This document shows, piece by piece, positions 7,980-16,291 of a stretch of DNA of 64,000 nucleotides. The translations under genes and the position numbers were made by a program. The DNA is taken from positions 64,001 through 128,000 of the IMG/VR virus record IMGVR_UViG_3300017761_003320. The stretch is one strand, 5' to 3'. The stretch is from a virus. How positions within the stretch are numbered: position 1 is the stretch's first letter; each line of letters starts with the position of its first letter. Below the pieces are notes generated by a model. The model was not told the origin of the DNA and searched no databases. It saw only the letters and a program-made list of their open reading frames with translations.

Positions 7980-8926
7980 TATTTTTCAATCGCATGGTCG
8001 ATAATATGACCAGCAAGATTTTGCAAAGAACATGCTTCCGTCATTGGGAAATTTGCTGAAGGATTAACTTCACATAGTTTTAATCCATCTTTGGTTGGGA
8101 ATATATCAATTCTTCCCCATTCAATATTCAATGCATTTAAAGAATTTTCCACAAGATTTCTAATCTCAGTTGACGTTCTTATGGGAAGCTGCACTCTTCC
8201 TTCATCATTCGCAAAGGCAGCTTTAAATTTTGAATAGCCTGTAAATGATGGTGGAATAGCTTGCATGGTGCTTTGAATATTACGACCTCGCACACAATGC
8301 GCTGTTAATTGATAATTAAGTTCAATAAATTCCTGAGCAATCACAGTAGTATTATGGATGCTATATGGATTTTTTGGATCTGATGATAGTCGTCGAGAGA
8401 ATTGAGGATTCGGAAGGAATTTAATTAGATTACCTGCAATCATTTGTAATTCAAATTCATCTTTGCAGAGATAAACTCTTTCCGATCCAGCCGCAAATCT
8501 CCATTTAATTACACATGGATATCCTATTAAATCTCCTATTTCTTCGGCCGCATCATTATCTAATAGATTTACAAATATAGTTTTGGGTGTGGGTATTCCT
8601 GCCTTTACATATTTTTCGTGGGCAATGATCTTATCAAGAGCATCAATATGAGGTTCTAAATCTGTTACAAATATGCTACCATGGTTTTTTAATATGGATA
8701 ATTTTCTTAAATTTTCCGGATTCCAGTGAGCATGTCTCATGATAATAAGATCAGGTGGAATTATTTGTCGCCCATCTATGAATACATTATCACCAACCAC
8801 AGTGCACATTTCAGGATGCACATGAGTTGCATTTAAACCACGTCTTTCCATCTCATTAAGAAACCGCCAAGTTTCATAAAAATGAGATTTAGGCCAAGGA
8901 CTTGTTAATAACCATGCATTGATCAT
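7961..8926 (-). CDS. ATP-grasp ligase, RimK/LysX-like
   Basis: DK...GIPTPKT, GYPCVIK, IAQEFI and GRIDI...CEVNPSANF motifs. Confidence 0.85.
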   Translation of the reverse strand: MINAWLLTSPWPKSHFYETWRFLNEMERRGLNATHVHPEMCTVVGDNVFIDGRQIIPPDLIIMRHAHWNPENLRKLSILKNHGSIFVTDLEPHIDALDKIIAHEKYVKAGIPTPKTIFVNLLDNDAAEEIGDLIGYPCVIKWRFAAGSERVYLCKDEFELQMIAGNLIKFLPNPQFSRRLSSDPKNPYSIHNTTVIAQEFIELNYQLTAHCVRGRNIQSTMQAIPPSFTGYSKFKAAFANDEGRVQLPIRTSTEIRNLVENSLNALNIEWGRIDIFPTKDGLKLCEVNPSANFPMTEACSLQNLAGHIIDHAIEKYYSLKR

Positions 8927-9804
8927 TTGAACATTCTATCAATATATGATACTATATCTTTGGCATGATTTGATCCAAAATAATGGTCTCTACCAGAAAA
9001 CCCACCAGGAGAATTTACTTCACATATTACATATCCATTTGAGGATTTTAGAATATCAATTTTTGCTATTTCAATATTTAATGCATTTACTGCATCAATT
9101 ATAATAGTTTTCAATTTATCATTGATTTTATATTGTTCTCGTATACCATCATCTCTATTATTTGATATAAAAAAATCAACATTAGATTTAGGATATCTAA
9201 TTTGCGCTGCGATTGGTATTCTACCAATAACCCATGCTACTATGGTTGGCCCAGTGATTAATTCTTGTACCATAACTTTTTTTTGATATGGAAAGCGTAT
9301 TTGTATTTTTTTGCAATGTATGTAGATATCATCCAAGGTTTTACATAAGGCTACAAGTTCACCCCTTTGCGATAATATTGGTTTAATCACTACTGGTAGA
9401 TGTAGATTTTCTAAAACCATATCATCAAAAGGTATATCTATTGTGAGTGTTTTTGGTATTCTAACATTAGATTTATTTAAAATTTCTAATTGTTTCAATT
9501 TATTAGCACACATCAAATGTGCATCAATATTATTGATGCATTTAATTTTTAGTAATTTTAGCTTATTGATAAAATCGATACTGCTGCCATTGGTAGTTCT
9601 TATTAATACAATATCTGGTAAATTTTTTGGTATAGTTAGATTTGGATTTACTATTGAGGCATCAAACCCTAAAAATCTAAATTCATCAAGCAATCTTATA
9701 TTTTCATATTGACCACCTGGAACACCTTCAGATATTAAGGTATCACGATTAATTAGTTTTTCATCAATTGGTGCTTCTGATGTTAATATCCAAGCTTTCG
9801 CCAT
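8923..9804 (-). CDS. ATP-grasp ligase, RimK/LysX-like
   Basis: NK...RIPKT, LPVVIKP, MVQELI and KIDIL...ICEVNSPGGF motifs. Confidence 0.85.
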   Translation of the reverse strand: MAKAWILTSEAPIDEKLINRDTLISEGVPGGQYENIRLLDEFRFLGFDASIVNPNLTIPKNLPDIVLIRTTNGSSIDFINKLKLLKIKCINNIDAHLMCANKLKQLEILNKSNVRIPKTLTIDIPFDDMVLENLHLPVVIKPILSQRGELVALCKTLDDIYIHCKKIQIRFPYQKKVMVQELITGPTIVAWVIGRIPIAAQIRYPKSNVDFFISNNRDDGIREQYKINDKLKTIIIDAVNALNIEIAKIDILKSSNGYVICEVNSPGGFSGRDHYFGSNHAKDIVSYIDRMFK

Positions 9805-9807
9805 AAA

Positions 9808-10257
9808 TTAATTACACCAGCTTGTTTTGGCCTCACCAAAATATTCGCGCGCCAGACCTTCTGCGATTAATGAAGAACGCAGAGAGCGATTATCAATCAT
9901 TATATCACCAAGAACTCGGCCGCCATATTTGTCCCAATCCATAAGCATCACTTGTACACTAGATGCAGATGCGATTGCATTTTTGGTAAAATCTGTGGCT
10001 CGCTGCCCCATGATTGCTTCTTGCGGACATTGGGCGCGATGACCTTTTTCAGGAGTATCAACCCCATAGACCCTGACCGATATGCGTTGTGCAATCGGAG
10101 CAGGAATCCATGGAGCTTCAAATTGAACAGTATCCCCATCGACGACCCGGATCACTTTCCACGTATATGCTATGGCTTCTGGTGTTCTACCTAAAGCTGC
10201 AATAGCATAGATTAAAGTGGCCGCAAGAACGGCGATGAAAAATCCTGCTCTAATCAT
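9808..10257 (-). CDS. Thermonuclease (SNase family) with signal/anchor
   Basis: RVVDGDT, VRVYGVDTPE, DKYGGRVLG and EGLAREY motifs. Confidence 0.9.
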   Translation of the reverse strand: MIRAGFFIAVLAATLIYAIAALGRTPEAIAYTWKVIRVVDGDTVQFEAPWIPAPIAQRISVRVYGVDTPEKGHRAQCPQEAIMGQRATDFTKNAIASASSVQVMLMDWDKYGGRVLGDIMIDNRSLRSSLIAEGLAREYFGEAKTSWCN

Positions 10258-10571
10258 TTTGTTTTACGCTTACCCTTAGTAACAGGTGCTGGCGCAGCTA
10301 CCTTAGGTGCGCGAGGCTTGCGAATAACCTTAGCCTTCACCTCAGCCTTTACTTCTTCAATAGCAGCTTTGGCATCTTCGACATTGACCTTGCCGTCTTT
10401 GTTGACATCAAGCGGCGTCTTGGTTGCAACCGCGGCCTGAATATCTTCAGCATTTACCTTGCCGTCCTTATTGACGTCTAGCTTCGCAGTCGCTTCGGCC
10501 TTCACTTCTTCAAACTTTTTCTCAGCCTCAACTTTGCGTAGGCCAAGCCATGTTAGCAATTTAATAAACAT
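10254..10571 (-). CDS. Small protein with two EF-hand/dockerin-like Ca-binding loops and a basic tail
   Basis: LDVNKDGKVN(A/V)ED twice; GGAGG RBS before ATG 10571. Confidence 0.7.
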   Translation of the reverse strand: MFIKLLTWLGLRKVEAEKKFEEVKAEATAKLDVNKDGKVNAEDIQAAVATKTPLDVNKDGKVNVEDAKAAIEEVKAEVKAKVIRKPRAPKVAAPAPVTKGKRKTK

Positions 10572-10680
10572 ATCTTCCTCCACTTATACGCTTATGCGTA
10601 CCAATATGTATCCAACACGAGTGGTTAAGCATTGTCCTCCGATCTGGCTATCTAGTAATGTAGAAAGCCATGTTTAACCC

Positions 10681-10708
10681 TGTACATTTGAATATAACCT
10701 GGTATAAT
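10681..10708 (+). promoter_or_regulatory. Early promoter (TGTACA-16-TATAAT)
   Basis: CCCTGTACA...TGGTATAATGG family member. Confidence 0.65.
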
Positions 10709-10727
10709 GGCTTTGAAGGAGACAGAC

Positions 10728-10931
10728 ATGTATAGTATAGTTAGGATCCAGGTTCAATTTCTTTCCAGCAATGGTTTACCAATAAGTGATTGGAGAGATC
10801 AATCACATCTTAACTATCCTACAGATCGTCTTATTACCAGTCACATGCAGACGGCCAAGAGATGCTGGAAAGATGCGCGTGTGCGTGCTGTCGATGAAAA
10901 TGGCCGAGTGGTGGATATGCTCTATGCTTGA
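10728..10931 (+). CDS. Hypothetical protein
   Basis: AAGGAG RBS before ATG 10728; the track start overlaps the -10 box. Confidence 0.65.
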   Translation: MYSIVRIQVQFLSSNGLPISDWRDQSHLNYPTDRLITSHMQTAKRCWKDARVRAVDENGRVVDMLYA

Positions 10932-11571
10932 TCCAGAACAGCTATATTATGATGGTAAGCTGTGGGGTGCAAAGGATCATAAATTTTGGTGTCTATTATC
11001 GACACTCCTTTTAAAATGCAAACCCAAATCAATACTCGAATTGGGTGCAGGTAGAAGCACTACCTTCTTCGCTGAATATGCATATGAGACCAATGTACCA
11101 TTTGTGTCCATTGAGGAGTCTCCAGTATGGTATGCTGAAATATATCGAGACCTTAGGCTCATGTTTTTACCTGGTACCTACATTAGACATGTGCCTGTGG
11201 ATCCAGCGACGGATTGGTATGATAGTGAACACGCGGATAATGCGATGGATATTACACCGTATGATTTGGTCATGATTGATGGACCAACAGGAAGAGGTAA
11301 GCGTGATTATAGAGGCAACATGCTTGTGGAGCGAGCCATACGTAAGGCCAGAATGATCATAGTCGATGATACACAGCGTGCCGATTGTCATGCCTTCTCT
11401 AAGCATCTGGCCAAGGCAAAAGGGTTTACGGAAATTCATATTCCTTACATGCAGCGCCGAAGGGGCACGACTACTGGATCCGTGGTATATGATGAAAATA
11501 CCGTAACTATTTTGACATCGGAATGGTCTGATATCGTATCATTAATGGTCCGAGATATTTACGGTAATTAA
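10924..11571 (+). CDS. Class I SAM-dependent methyltransferase
   Basis: ILELGAGRST, YDLVMIDGP and IIVDDT motifs. Confidence 0.8.
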   Translation: MLDPEQLYYDGKLWGAKDHKFWCLLSTLLLKCKPKSILELGAGRSTTFFAEYAYETNVPFVSIEESPVWYAEIYRDLRLMFLPGTYIRHVPVDPATDWYDSEHADNAMDITPYDLVMIDGPTGRGKRDYRGNMLVERAIRKARMIIVDDTQRADCHAFSKHLAKAKGFTEIHIPYMQRRRGTTTGSVVYDENTVTILTSEWSDIVSLMVRDIYGN

Positions 11572-11584
11572 TTTACAACCGTTA

Positions 11585-11670
11585 GGTGTGATATTTTTGT
11601 CACACCACCCAGATGATTAACCAAAATTAACCAAATACCCCTGTACATCCCTCCCGGGCCGTGGTATAAT
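11585..11670 (+). promoter_or_regulatory. Operator palindrome + TTAACCAAAA direct repeat + early promoter
   Basis: GGTGTGA-N8-TCACACC at 11585-11606; TTAACCAAAATTAACCAAAT; TGTACA-17-TATAAT. Confidence 0.8.
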
Positions 11671-11693
11671 GGTACCATCAAGAGGAGGTTCCG

Positions 11694-11876
11694 ATGGAAT
11701 ACAATGTCGAAACTGAACGGCTACTTAATGATTTCGACCTTGAATGGGCGGAATATGTTGCTGGCCGTAAGGTAACTACGGAAGAGGCTATGGAGCTAGT
11801 CCGTGACTATTTGGATTGGGTGAAAACGCTGGAGGATAATGATGTTGGCCAAGAAGTCTATATCGAAGCCGCGTGA
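11694..11876 (+). CDS. Small acidic early protein
   Basis: Strong GAGGAGG RBS downstream of the promoter. Confidence 0.7.
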   Translation: MEYNVETERLLNDFDLEWAEYVAGRKVTTEEAMELVRDYLDWVKTLEDNDVGQEVYIEAA

Positions 11877-11959
11877 TCCCTCCTGGAGGGTTCTCCGCGC
11901 GTTGGGGGTAAAGGTGGTACGTGCCAAGCGCGGCCGGGGATCCTATACCCGCAAGGGTC

Positions 11960-12045
11960 GGTGTGATAAAAATGTCACACCCTCTGGGTATGCCGGTTAA
12001 CCCGCCAATTTTCCTCTGTACAAGCCCCGCGGCCTGTGGTATAAT
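11960..12045 (+). promoter_or_regulatory. Operator palindrome + early promoter
   Basis: GGTGTGA-N8-TCACACC at 11960-11981; TGTACA(12017)-17-TATAAT(12040). Confidence 0.8.
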
Positions 12046-12075
12046 GGTCGCATACAACATGAAAGGTATGACACA

Positions 12076-12636
12076 ATGTCTATGAAACGTGACGATAAGG
12101 TACAGATTATCACCGACCTGCTGACTGCTGGTAACGGCCGCTTTACCGTGGCCGAACTTCTGGTCGCCGCAGGTACCGAGCGACGCTCTCGCTCGGCCAT
12201 CTTTCTGGCCCGCGAGCAGGGTATCGGCCTCGAGCCGATCCGCGACGGTCGCGAGGTGATTGCCTACCTTGACGCCAAGATTGGTTCGGCGCAGCGCGCC
12301 GCCGCCAATACGGCTGCTAAGGTGGCCAAGGCCGTCAAGCCTGCTAAGGTGGTCAAGGCGGTCGCCCCTGCTAAGGCGGTCAAGGTGGCTAAGGTGGCCA
12401 AGGCTCCGACTGCGGTCAAGCTGCCCAAGGGCGCCACTCCAGTCCCTGGTCAGCCTACGCAGTATGACATGCCGACGCCTAAGCGGTCTAGCTTCCGTGG
12501 GCCGCTTAGCCCGACCGAAAAGCTGGCTCAGATGCTCCAAGAAGATGGTCCTGCCATCGTGGCTATGGGCAAGCGTGATCTCGGCCCAGAGGGTGCCCTG
12601 GAGATTGAGGAAATCACCGAACAGAAGGTGGCCTAA
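12076..12636 (+). CDS. Putative DNA-binding early protein (HTH-like N-terminus, histone-H1-like Lys/Ala/Val/Pro region)
   Basis: AKVAKAVKPAKVVKAVAPAKAVKVAKVAK tract; GC-rich codon usage. Confidence 0.6.
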   Translation: MSMKRDDKVQIITDLLTAGNGRFTVAELLVAAGTERRSRSAIFLAREQGIGLEPIRDGREVIAYLDAKIGSAQRAAANTAAKVAKAVKPAKVVKAVAPAKAVKVAKVAKAPTAVKLPKGATPVPGQPTQYDMPTPKRSSFRGPLSPTEKLAQMLQEDGPAIVAMGKRDLGPEGALEIEEITEQKVA

Positions 12637-13544
12637 TGGCCACTTTCCGACCCATGCTAGCCTGTCAATATGACAAGGCTACGGTGCGCTGGCCAATGTT
12701 GGCCAGCCCCAAGCTTGACGGTATTCGCTGTCTGGCTTTTGACGGTGTGGCTTGGGCTAGGTCTATGAAGCCCATCCGTAACCGCTTTATTCAAGCATGG
12801 TTTAAGGATAACGCCGAGGCCCTCGAAAAGTTTGACGGCGAGTTAATTGTCGGGTCTCCAAACGCCAAAGATGCGTTTAATGTAACCTCCTCTGCTGTCA
12901 ACAGCGAGGACGGCCGGCCTGCCTTCACCTTCTGGGTATTCGACCGTGTAGGTACAGCCGACTATACCAAACGGTTTGACATTCTCCGTAATGAGGATAT
13001 CAAGATTCCTTGGTGGCAGGATCGCCTGCGGATCGTACCTAATTTCCTTGTATTCAATGAGGCTGAACTCGCAACCTATGAAGCCAAAGCCTTAGATGAA
13101 GGTTATGAGGGTGTTATGTTGCGCCATCCGCAGTCTCCTTACAAGCAAGGTCGATCCACACCTAAGGAAGCTTACCTTCTCAAGGTCAAGCGGTTTTCTG
13201 ATGGCGAGGCTGTGATTGTCGACCTACTGGAGGAAATGCGGAACGATAATCCGCTTACCACCAACGAGTTGGGTCTAGGCAAGCGGTCAAGCCATCAGGC
13301 TAACCTAGTGGCTAAGGGTACCATGGGTACCCTATGCGTTCGTGGTATCAATGGCGAGTTTGATGGTATCGAGTTCGGCATCGGGTCTGGCTTTGATCAG
13401 GCTACACGACAGATGCTATGGGACGGCCGACAAGATATGTTGGGTAAGATTGTCACCTATAAATACTTTGCCATCGGCACCAAGGACAAACCTCGGTTTC
13501 CGGTGTTCAAAGGATTCCGTGACGCATCTGACATGGGGGAATGA
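12636..13544 (+). CDS. ATP-dependent DNA ligase
   Basis: Motif I SPKLDGIR; FDGEL, VFD, EGVMLR, LLKVK and RFP motifs. Confidence 0.95.
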   Translation: MATFRPMLACQYDKATVRWPMLASPKLDGIRCLAFDGVAWARSMKPIRNRFIQAWFKDNAEALEKFDGELIVGSPNAKDAFNVTSSAVNSEDGRPAFTFWVFDRVGTADYTKRFDILRNEDIKIPWWQDRLRIVPNFLVFNEAELATYEAKALDEGYEGVMLRHPQSPYKQGRSTPKEAYLLKVKRFSDGEAVIVDLLEEMRNDNPLTTNELGLGKRSSHQANLVAKGTMGTLCVRGINGEFDGIEFGIGSGFDQATRQMLWDGRQDMLGKIVTYKYFAIGTKDKPRFPVFKGFRDASDMGE

Positions 13545-13545
13545 G

Positions 13546-14019
13546 GTGCTTGTAGAATATCGCCGATCACAACCTTGGCTTGTCGACCTTTTAAAGGGTG
13601 ACCCTGTTCGCCCGAATATTTCCATCGAGGATAGGTTCGCATTTAATAATGCGGTTTTCATCTATTGGGTGGATGAAAAACCTGCGGCCATATGTTGCGC
13701 CTCGCTGATGGACTATATTCCAATTGACGAAGGTGAACTGTTTGAGGAGGGCAATGAACACTATGACCATGCTTGCCTATACACGATCTGGTCATTGCAG
13801 CGCGGCGGAGCACGCAAGCTGGTTCAGGCATTGCTGCCACACCTCAGGATGAAATATGCTGTGGCGCGGATTATTACCTTATCCCCAAACACTGAAATGG
13901 CGAAAAAGTTTCACCTCAGCAACGGTGCTGTAATATACCGTAATAATTACGAGGAAGAAACGGTTAACTATGAGTACGAATTCTGTGACATAAATGTCAC
14001 AATGAGCCGGTGTGACTAA
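13546..14019 (+). CDS. GNAT-like hypothetical protein
   Basis: DPVRP...LYTIWSLQRGGARKLV...ITLSPNTEMAKKFHLSNGA; GTG start after the ligase stop. Confidence 0.55.
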   Translation: MLVEYRRSQPWLVDLLKGDPVRPNISIEDRFAFNNAVFIYWVDEKPAAICCASLMDYIPIDEGELFEEGNEHYDHACLYTIWSLQRGGARKLVQALLPHLRMKYAVARIITLSPNTEMAKKFHLSNGAVIYRNNYEEETVNYEYEFCDINVTMSRCD

Positions 14020-14094
14020 TATATCACACCGGTCAGATAATTAACCAAAATTAACCAAATACCCCTGTACAACCTACCCTAACCCTGGTATAAT
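13984..14094 (+). promoter_or_regulatory. Tandem operator palindromes + direct repeat + early promoter
   Basis: TGTGA-N8-TCACA at 13984 and 14011; TTAACCAAAATTAACCAAATACCCCTGTACA identical to the 11617 copy; TATAAT at 14089. Confidence 0.8.
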
Positions 14095-14100
14095 GTGCCT

Positions 14101-14226
14101 ATGAGATGGACAGAGACCCCTTTTGTTCTGGCGCTGGCAGCGGCCTTCGTGGTTGGCTGGTATGCCATCGACATCTTTGGTGCGGGCCTGCTCTTTCTCG
14201 CAGTTTTAACCATGATCGGGGATTGA
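14101..14226 (+). CDS. Small hydrophobic membrane protein (41 aa, not in ORF track), leaderless
   Basis: MRWTETPFVLALAAAFVVGWYAIDIFGAGLLFLAVLTMIGD; ATG starts 7 nt after the -10. Confidence 0.55.
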   Translation: MRWTETPFVLALAAAFVVGWYAIDIFGAGLLFLAVLTMIGD

Positions 14227-14227
14227 C

Positions 14228-14917
14228 ATGAAACTGTTGAACATCGACGCAAATGCCAAGACGGTTAAGGGTCAGGGGCGTGGCTATATGACGGCCATCC
14301 TTTATCTGGCCCCAGCCGACGAGTCTGGCTATGAGGTCTGCCCGATGGCCAGCGCTGGCTGCCGCAAGGCTTGCCTTAACAAGGCTGGCATGGGTGCTTT
14401 CAGCACGGTGCAGGCTGCACGCATCGCCAAGACTCGCCTCTACTTCGAGGATCGCGCAGCCTTCATGGCACAGCTGGTATCCGAGGTGCGAGCCTTCATC
14501 CGCAAGGCAATTAAGCTTGGCCTTATCCCAGTGGTGCGCCTGAACGGCACCTCCGATATCCCGTGGGAGCGGGTGCCGGTCGAAGGTAAGGCTAACATCA
14601 TGGAGCTGTTCCCGTCGGTGCAGTTCTACGACTACACCAAGCGGCACAACCGTCGCAACTTGCCAGCCAATTATCACCTGACCTTCAGCCTGGCCGAGGA
14701 CAATGACTCGCGCGCGGGCGCGGCCGCGACCAACGGTGCCAATATCGCCGTGGTATTCCGCACGGACAAGTTTCCCACGACCTTCATGGGTATGCCCGTG
14801 GTCGATGGTGACGCCGACGACCTGCGGTTCCTCGACGGCCGCGGCGTGGTTGTTGGCCTCAAGGCTAAGGGTCCTGCCAAGAAGGATACCAGCGGGTTCG
14901 TGAGGGATGCAGCATGA
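14228..14917 (+). CDS. Phage Gp88-like protein (Cys-motif, radical-SAM-like fold suspected)
   Basis: CPMASAGCRKACL, VRLNGTSDI, FYDYTK, NYHLTFS and DGDADDLRFLD pattern. Confidence 0.7.
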   Translation: MKLLNIDANAKTVKGQGRGYMTAILYLAPADESGYEVCPMASAGCRKACLNKAGMGAFSTVQAARIAKTRLYFEDRAAFMAQLVSEVRAFIRKAIKLGLIPVVRLNGTSDIPWERVPVEGKANIMELFPSVQFYDYTKRHNRRNLPANYHLTFSLAEDNDSRAGAAATNGANIAVVFRTDKFPTTFMGMPVVDGDADDLRFLDGRGVVVGLKAKGPAKKDTSGFVRDAA

Positions 14918-15111
14918 CAGACCTATCCAAAGAGGGTGCCTGCTTTACCTTTGAGGCCTATGTGCCTTATTATGTTACAGCGGATCGTGTCACCATGATG
15001 CACAATGTTCGCCATCAGGTACAACAGACTAAGGGCGAAGCATTGACCCGCGAGGCGCTACTTGAAGCTTTTGAGCATTTCCTGCGTGGTGCAGGATTTG
15101 GTGACAAGTGA
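14914..15111 (+). CDS. Hypothetical protein
   Basis: ATGA-coupled; FEHFLRGAGF C-terminal motif typical of small T4-like phage ORFs. Confidence 0.6.
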   Translation: MTDLSKEGACFTFEAYVPYYVTADRVTMMHNVRHQVQQTKGEALTREALLEAFEHFLRGAGFGDK

Positions 15112-15123
15112 AAGGAGATGGAT

Positions 15124-15270
15124 ATGCTAATCTTCAGCGGTATAGTATTGGCGCTTAATTTTCTGGCGCTATTGGTAAATATCATGGCAGGCAATATTTT
15201 GAACTCTTTTCTATGCCTGCTTGTCTTGGGTGTTGTTGGGTATTACATCTGGAGGGATGTTGTGAAATGA
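15124..15270 (+). CDS. Small two-TM membrane protein (not in ORF track)
   Basis: AAGGAG RBS; MLIFSGIVLALNFLALLV...YYIWRDVVK; ATGA-coupled to next gene. Confidence 0.55.
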   Translation: MLIFSGIVLALNFLALLVNIMAGNILNSFLCLLVLGVVGYYIWRDVVK

Positions 15271-15563
15271 GCGAAAAGAAAATCTATTTGGTCGAGTGTA
15301 TCAGTTCCCATCGCATGGTATATGCCATCGAGGCTGAAAGTAAGCAAGCTGCCATTGATACGGTCGAGTTCCATGATCAATTGGACGAGATGGGTCAGCA
15401 ATGGATCGGACAGACTGTATTGAGCGCGCATCCCGTGGATCAGGCTGAATACCTAAACCAATTCGATGAAATTAATGATTACCTGAGTGGTATTCCTCTG
15501 GAACGCAAGATGTCATTTATTCAAGCTGTTCAGAGTAAGCCTGAGCCCGAACAAAGTGAATGA
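15267..15563 (+). CDS. Hypothetical protein
   Basis: GGAGG RBS before MSEKKIYLVE. Confidence 0.65.
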   Translation: MSEKKIYLVECISSHRMVYAIEAESKQAAIDTVEFHDQLDEMGQQWIGQTVLSAHPVDQAEYLNQFDEINDYLSGIPLERKMSFIQAVQSKPEPEQSE

Positions 15564-15678
15564 GTGGTATGATCTAGTCATAGGATGGGCCGTATCAGGC
15601 TTATTCCTAGGCTATATCATAGGTAGCGCATTGACCACTATAGCAATCATCATAGCCATTATCGGAAGCGGAAAATGA
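15556..15678 (+). CDS. Small membrane protein
   Basis: Single long hydrophobic segment; ATGA-coupled to next gene. Confidence 0.45.
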   Translation: MNEWYDLVIGWAVSGLFLGYIIGSALTTIAIIIAIIGSGK

Positions 15679-16163
15679 AAGTCAAGATTGGTAAGTATCC
15701 GGAGAAATCGGATGCACAACGTAAGGTGAAGATTCGGATATCTGATCATGATGTATGGTCAGCCGATTCAACCCTTGCCTTGATAATTATTCCGGTGCTG
15801 AAGAAACTAAAAGAGACTAAGAAAGGTCATCCGTTTGTTGATCAAGAGGATTACCCAACCGATATTCTTGGTGGGGATCCACATGATCCAGAAAATCCAG
15901 ATCATCGCCCATGGGAATGGGTTCTTGACGAGATGATCTGGGCCTTTGAACAACATACTATTGATTGGGAACAACAATATTTTTCAGGTGAGCCTGATTA
16001 TATTTGGGAACAGATTGACGGCGACGGATCTTCATATAAAAAACTTGTCATGGGCCCGAATGATACATTTAAGGTTGATCGTGAGGGACTAGATAGGCAT
16101 AGATCCAGGATGGCGAATGGTCGCCGACTGTTTGCAAAGTATTATGATTGCCTATGGACATAG
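15675..16163 (+). CDS. Conserved T4-like phage hypothetical protein
   Basis: DVWSADSTLALII, WEWVLDEMIWAF and LFAKYYDCLW pattern. Confidence 0.75.
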   Translation: MKVKIGKYPEKSDAQRKVKIRISDHDVWSADSTLALIIIPVLKKLKETKKGHPFVDQEDYPTDILGGDPHDPENPDHRPWEWVLDEMIWAFEQHTIDWEQQYFSGEPDYIWEQIDGDGSSYKKLVMGPNDTFKVDREGLDRHRSRMANGRRLFAKYYDCLWT

Positions 16164-16291
16164 AAGTAACACCTGAGTGGATTAGATCACTCATACCATC
16201 CACGACATTCACCAGAGATAAGGAAAACTACCGCATCATAGCTGATGCGGTAGAAAAATTATTAGATAGAATCAAAACTACTAATTCTTAA
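16154..16291 (+). CDS. Small hypothetical protein (45 aa, not in ORF track)
   Basis: Open frame MDIEVTPEWIRS... filling the gap to the convergent gene. Confidence 0.4.
   Translation: MDIEVTPEWIRSLIPSTTFTRDKENYRIIADAVEKLLDRIKTTNS

Noticed and set aside
11585-14032. Calling the palindromes CRP/FNR sites or the TTAA repeats canonical CtrA boxes
   Set aside because: Spacing is TGTGA-N8-TCACA (CRP needs N6) and TTAA-N6-TTAA (CtrA needs N7); kept only as unassigned motifs
11788-14903. Long antisense and alternative-frame ORFs over the GC-rich early genes (e.g. 11788-12540, 14099-14677)
   Set aside because: Expected from high GC3 and few stops; no RBS or recognisable motifs
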